Source: Styela clava
Taxonomy: Eukaryota
Reading direction: 5' to 3'
Assembly: GCF_964204865.1 (NCBI RefSeq)
Contig: NC_135253.1
Span: forward strand, 6,324,001-6,388,000
DNA length: 64,000 bases
The notes beneath the pieces are model-generated. The model had not been told where the DNA came from. It made no database searches and worked only from the letters and a program-made list of their open reading frames with translations. Below, piece after piece: positions 62,101 to 64,000 of the stretch (position 1 is its first letter; the number at the start of each line of letters is the position of its first letter). Made by a program: the position numbers and the translations under genes.

Positions 62101-64000
62101 GTTGGTGGAAAATGTACTATGTTTACAATAATAGCACATACAGACAAAAATTGCTTAATAATATCCTGAGTTTCTGATTCCTGCCTATAATGCGGTAGCC
62201 TAAGTCAGTGGTTCCCAACCTTTTTACCCTGGCGGACCGGTAAAATTAAATTAAATGTACTGGCGGACCGGCAAAAATTGGAATGTTCGGAACAGAAAAG
62301 AGTAACATATATGTGCTTAATATAATGCAATGTCGGGCACTCAATATGCTTTTAGACAAAAAAGGCACACTTGAAAACATTTCACACGAAGAAAAACTAT
62401 CAAATATTGTGTCGGCCAAAAATTGAAATAGGTGAAACATAAAATAATACCATATATTTGCGTAATGAAATGCAGTGTTGGTCACCCATTATGCGTAAGA
62501 AAGGCATACATAAAATATCTCACATAAAAAAAAACATGTACATGCCAAATCATGTAAAAACACAATTAACTCTAGTTAGAATCTTGCTGTTGTTTCGTTT
62601 TTAATATAAAACTGCAAACGAGGCCTCAAAGAAGTTTCTGCAACACGTGGCTCTGCAGCAGCGTGTAACCGATTTCTGTGCTCCGTTTTATTCAAGTTTT
62701 ATCTTTTTCATCGGGTTCATAATATTAATCCCTCTGCAGTTGACCGACGGCTCAAACGACATGAATTTACATTACAATGTCAAAGTCGTCGGTAACTTGA
62801 CAAGTTGGCACCAGGATCAATCCTACTGTGTCTGCTCAAAATACTGGAAAAGATCTCAGCGGCCCATGCTTTTTTGCGCATCTCGTGACCACCTGCAAGG
62901 TCGCACCAATTTCATATCTTACTGGGATATTATACTGTTTTTTTCTGTTTTCTGGTTCAAACAAAGAAATATGCATAACGTTTTATATGGATTGTCATAT
63001 TAATCAGGAAAAGCATGCAGAACAGGAGAAGCACGCCTGCCGATTTTTAGGTTTCTGAATCTTGCGAGATTTGATGAAGCACATTCGCGATAAATCGCAG
63101 CCAAAAAAGCGAAAAGTGTGATTACTCGGCGCCAATATGTCGCGAAAGACGTCGCCAAGATGTCGCAATATGACGACGGAAGAGAAATTGCGCAATAAAC
63201 AAACGCAACCTCGTCTTCGGTAAAGCGATTGAGACGGCATAAAAACAACAAAACAACGAAATTTCTTGCGGACCGGCAAAAAAGCTTTGCGGACCGGCAC
63301 CGGTCCGCGGTCCGCGGACCGGCGGTTGGGAACCACTGGCCTAAGTGATTTTTTCTCTTTTTTTCAATCGTGCTCACTCGAAAGTAAAGAAAATCGCCTT
63401 TGGGCAAACTTAAGGGTGACAACTAAAATGCCAACATGCAATGAAATTTTGAGTTTGGTTGCACGAGACTAACTTCCTATCCTTCTTCCATGCCTTTATG
63501 CTAGTTGATCTGTATGCTTATAATGCTAGGATGCTGTAGCAGGTATAAACATGACTATTCTATCTAAATCAAGAGTCCTGCTGCACACTAACACAAATGT
63601 ATTTCTGTAACGTTTCGTCCGACCAAAGTCAGACTTCTTCAGACGAGCAGTTTACAACAATGATAAGAAATGAGTAATAATGTTGTTTAAATATAGCAAT
63701 GAATAAATTTGTTTGAAATTGAAATCTGAACGCAATGAAATAACTGGTATATAGATTTATTGGAATGCATTATATGCCAGCAAACGCAAATTAGCACAAG
63801 ACCTAAAGCAGTTCAAGGTAATACGATCAAGAAAACAGCTATGAAGTAACTGAAGTTCTTGGAGAAAACTTTTGGCATAAAAATTTCTTTGTCTTGAAAG
63901 TTATTATCCCTATTTATTACATCATAATTCTCAGGTTCCAGAAGATTTGACAAAACTTCATCAGGCAAGAATGGACGATACATTTACTATTGATATTGAT
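47127..64000 (+). CDS. DNAAF8: Dynein axonemal assembly factor 8 (C16orf71/Daap1)-like, long form, 3'-incomplete
   Basis: In-phase exon chain 47284-47387, 47906-48056, 48820-49020, 49803-49916, 50434-50555, 52250-52343, 53051-53248, 54325-54405, 55167-55273, 55817-55956, 56540-56611, 57323-57816, 59586-59739, 60220-60272, 60347-60417, 60864-61013, 61792-61998, 63935->end. Start uncertain (ATG 47127 needs a weak donor). Ordered motifs WEYILAEVKDCLPGIDSDS, VFQR, LSLKGLEGFDLDDLL, LMNQLVDLS, PTTIYLDLR match recalled DNAAF8 blocks. Confidence 0.8.
50577..50904. mobile_element. hAT-Charlie/Buster MITE
   Basis: CAGGGGTGTGCAACCT...AGGTTGAACACCTCTG; perfect TSD GTTTAAAC; lies 21 nt downstream of an exon donor. 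Confidence 0.88.
50947..51253. mobile_element. hAT-Charlie/Buster MITE
   Basis: CAGGGATGTGCAACA...TGTTGCACATCTCTG; degenerate TSD ATTTAGAG/ATTTGAAG; related fragment at ~15188-15350. Confidence 0.8.
53806..53973. mobile_element. hAT MITE (CAGTGGTGGGATTCA termini)
   Basis: TIRs CAGTGGTGGGATTCA / TGAATCCCACTACTG; CCGGTTC subrepeats; perfect TSD CTTATATC. Confidence 0.9.
56992..57108. mobile_element. hAT-Charlie/Buster MITE inserted into a SINE
   Basis: CAGGGGTGGTCAA...TTGCCCACCCCTG; TSD CACTAGGC/CTCTAGGC. Confidence 0.85.
62206..63338 (-). mobile_element. Internally deleted hAT Buster/Charlie element with transposase C-terminal remnant
   Basis: TIRs CAGTGGTTCCCAACC / GGTTGGGAACCACTG; perfect TSD GCCTAAGT; GCGGACCGG subrepeats. 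Minus strand ~62690-62573 reads KTEHRNRLHAAAEPRVAETSLRPRL...KQQQDSN* with one frameshift. Confidence 0.9.
63605..63646 (-). ncRNA. Minimal hammerhead ribozyme motif of Penelope-like-element type
   Basis: Minus strand CUGAAGA-A-GUCUGAC-UUUG-GUCGGAC-GAAACGUU: CUGANGA and GAAA cores, 7-bp stem II, palindromic ACGU in place of stem III; stem I weak. Confidence 0.6.

Noticed and set aside
62647-63472. Several 70-140-aa ORFs
   Set aside because: Lie in or overlap the deleted hAT element; chance ORFs apart from the short transposase remnant

Overview
AT-rich, compact animal genomic DNA with short GT-AG introns and many MITEs/SINEs. An invertebrate chordate, probably an ascidian, is my inference from gene content and architecture. 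Genes recognised: YEATS4 and GEMIN6 (both single-exon CDS, same strand, 274 bp apart, operon-like); a 6-exon cytosolic creatine kinase; a single-exon 1787-aa focadhesin (FOCAD); a 7-exon HUS1; a TNF-receptor-superfamily gene (+) lying tail-to-tail with a TNF-ligand gene (-); and a long multi-exon DNAAF8/C16orf71-like gene running off the right end. The TNF/TNFR and DNAAF8 genes appear only as fragments in the ORF track and were rebuilt by hand from splice sites. Repeats: a 1.5-kb near-perfect foldback element with IS3EU-type ends nested in a hAT MITE just upstream of creatine kinase; Merlin-like MITEs (one interrupted by a 186-bp satellite-carrying insert); many Buster/Charlie hAT MITEs; tRNA-derived SINEs; an L1/Tx1-like 3' fragment; an 81-bp minisatellite; and a Penelope-type minimal hammerhead ribozyme motif. 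The best candidate for an undescribed system is the physically linked TNF ligand/receptor pair. All homology calls come from remembered family motifs; no searches were run.
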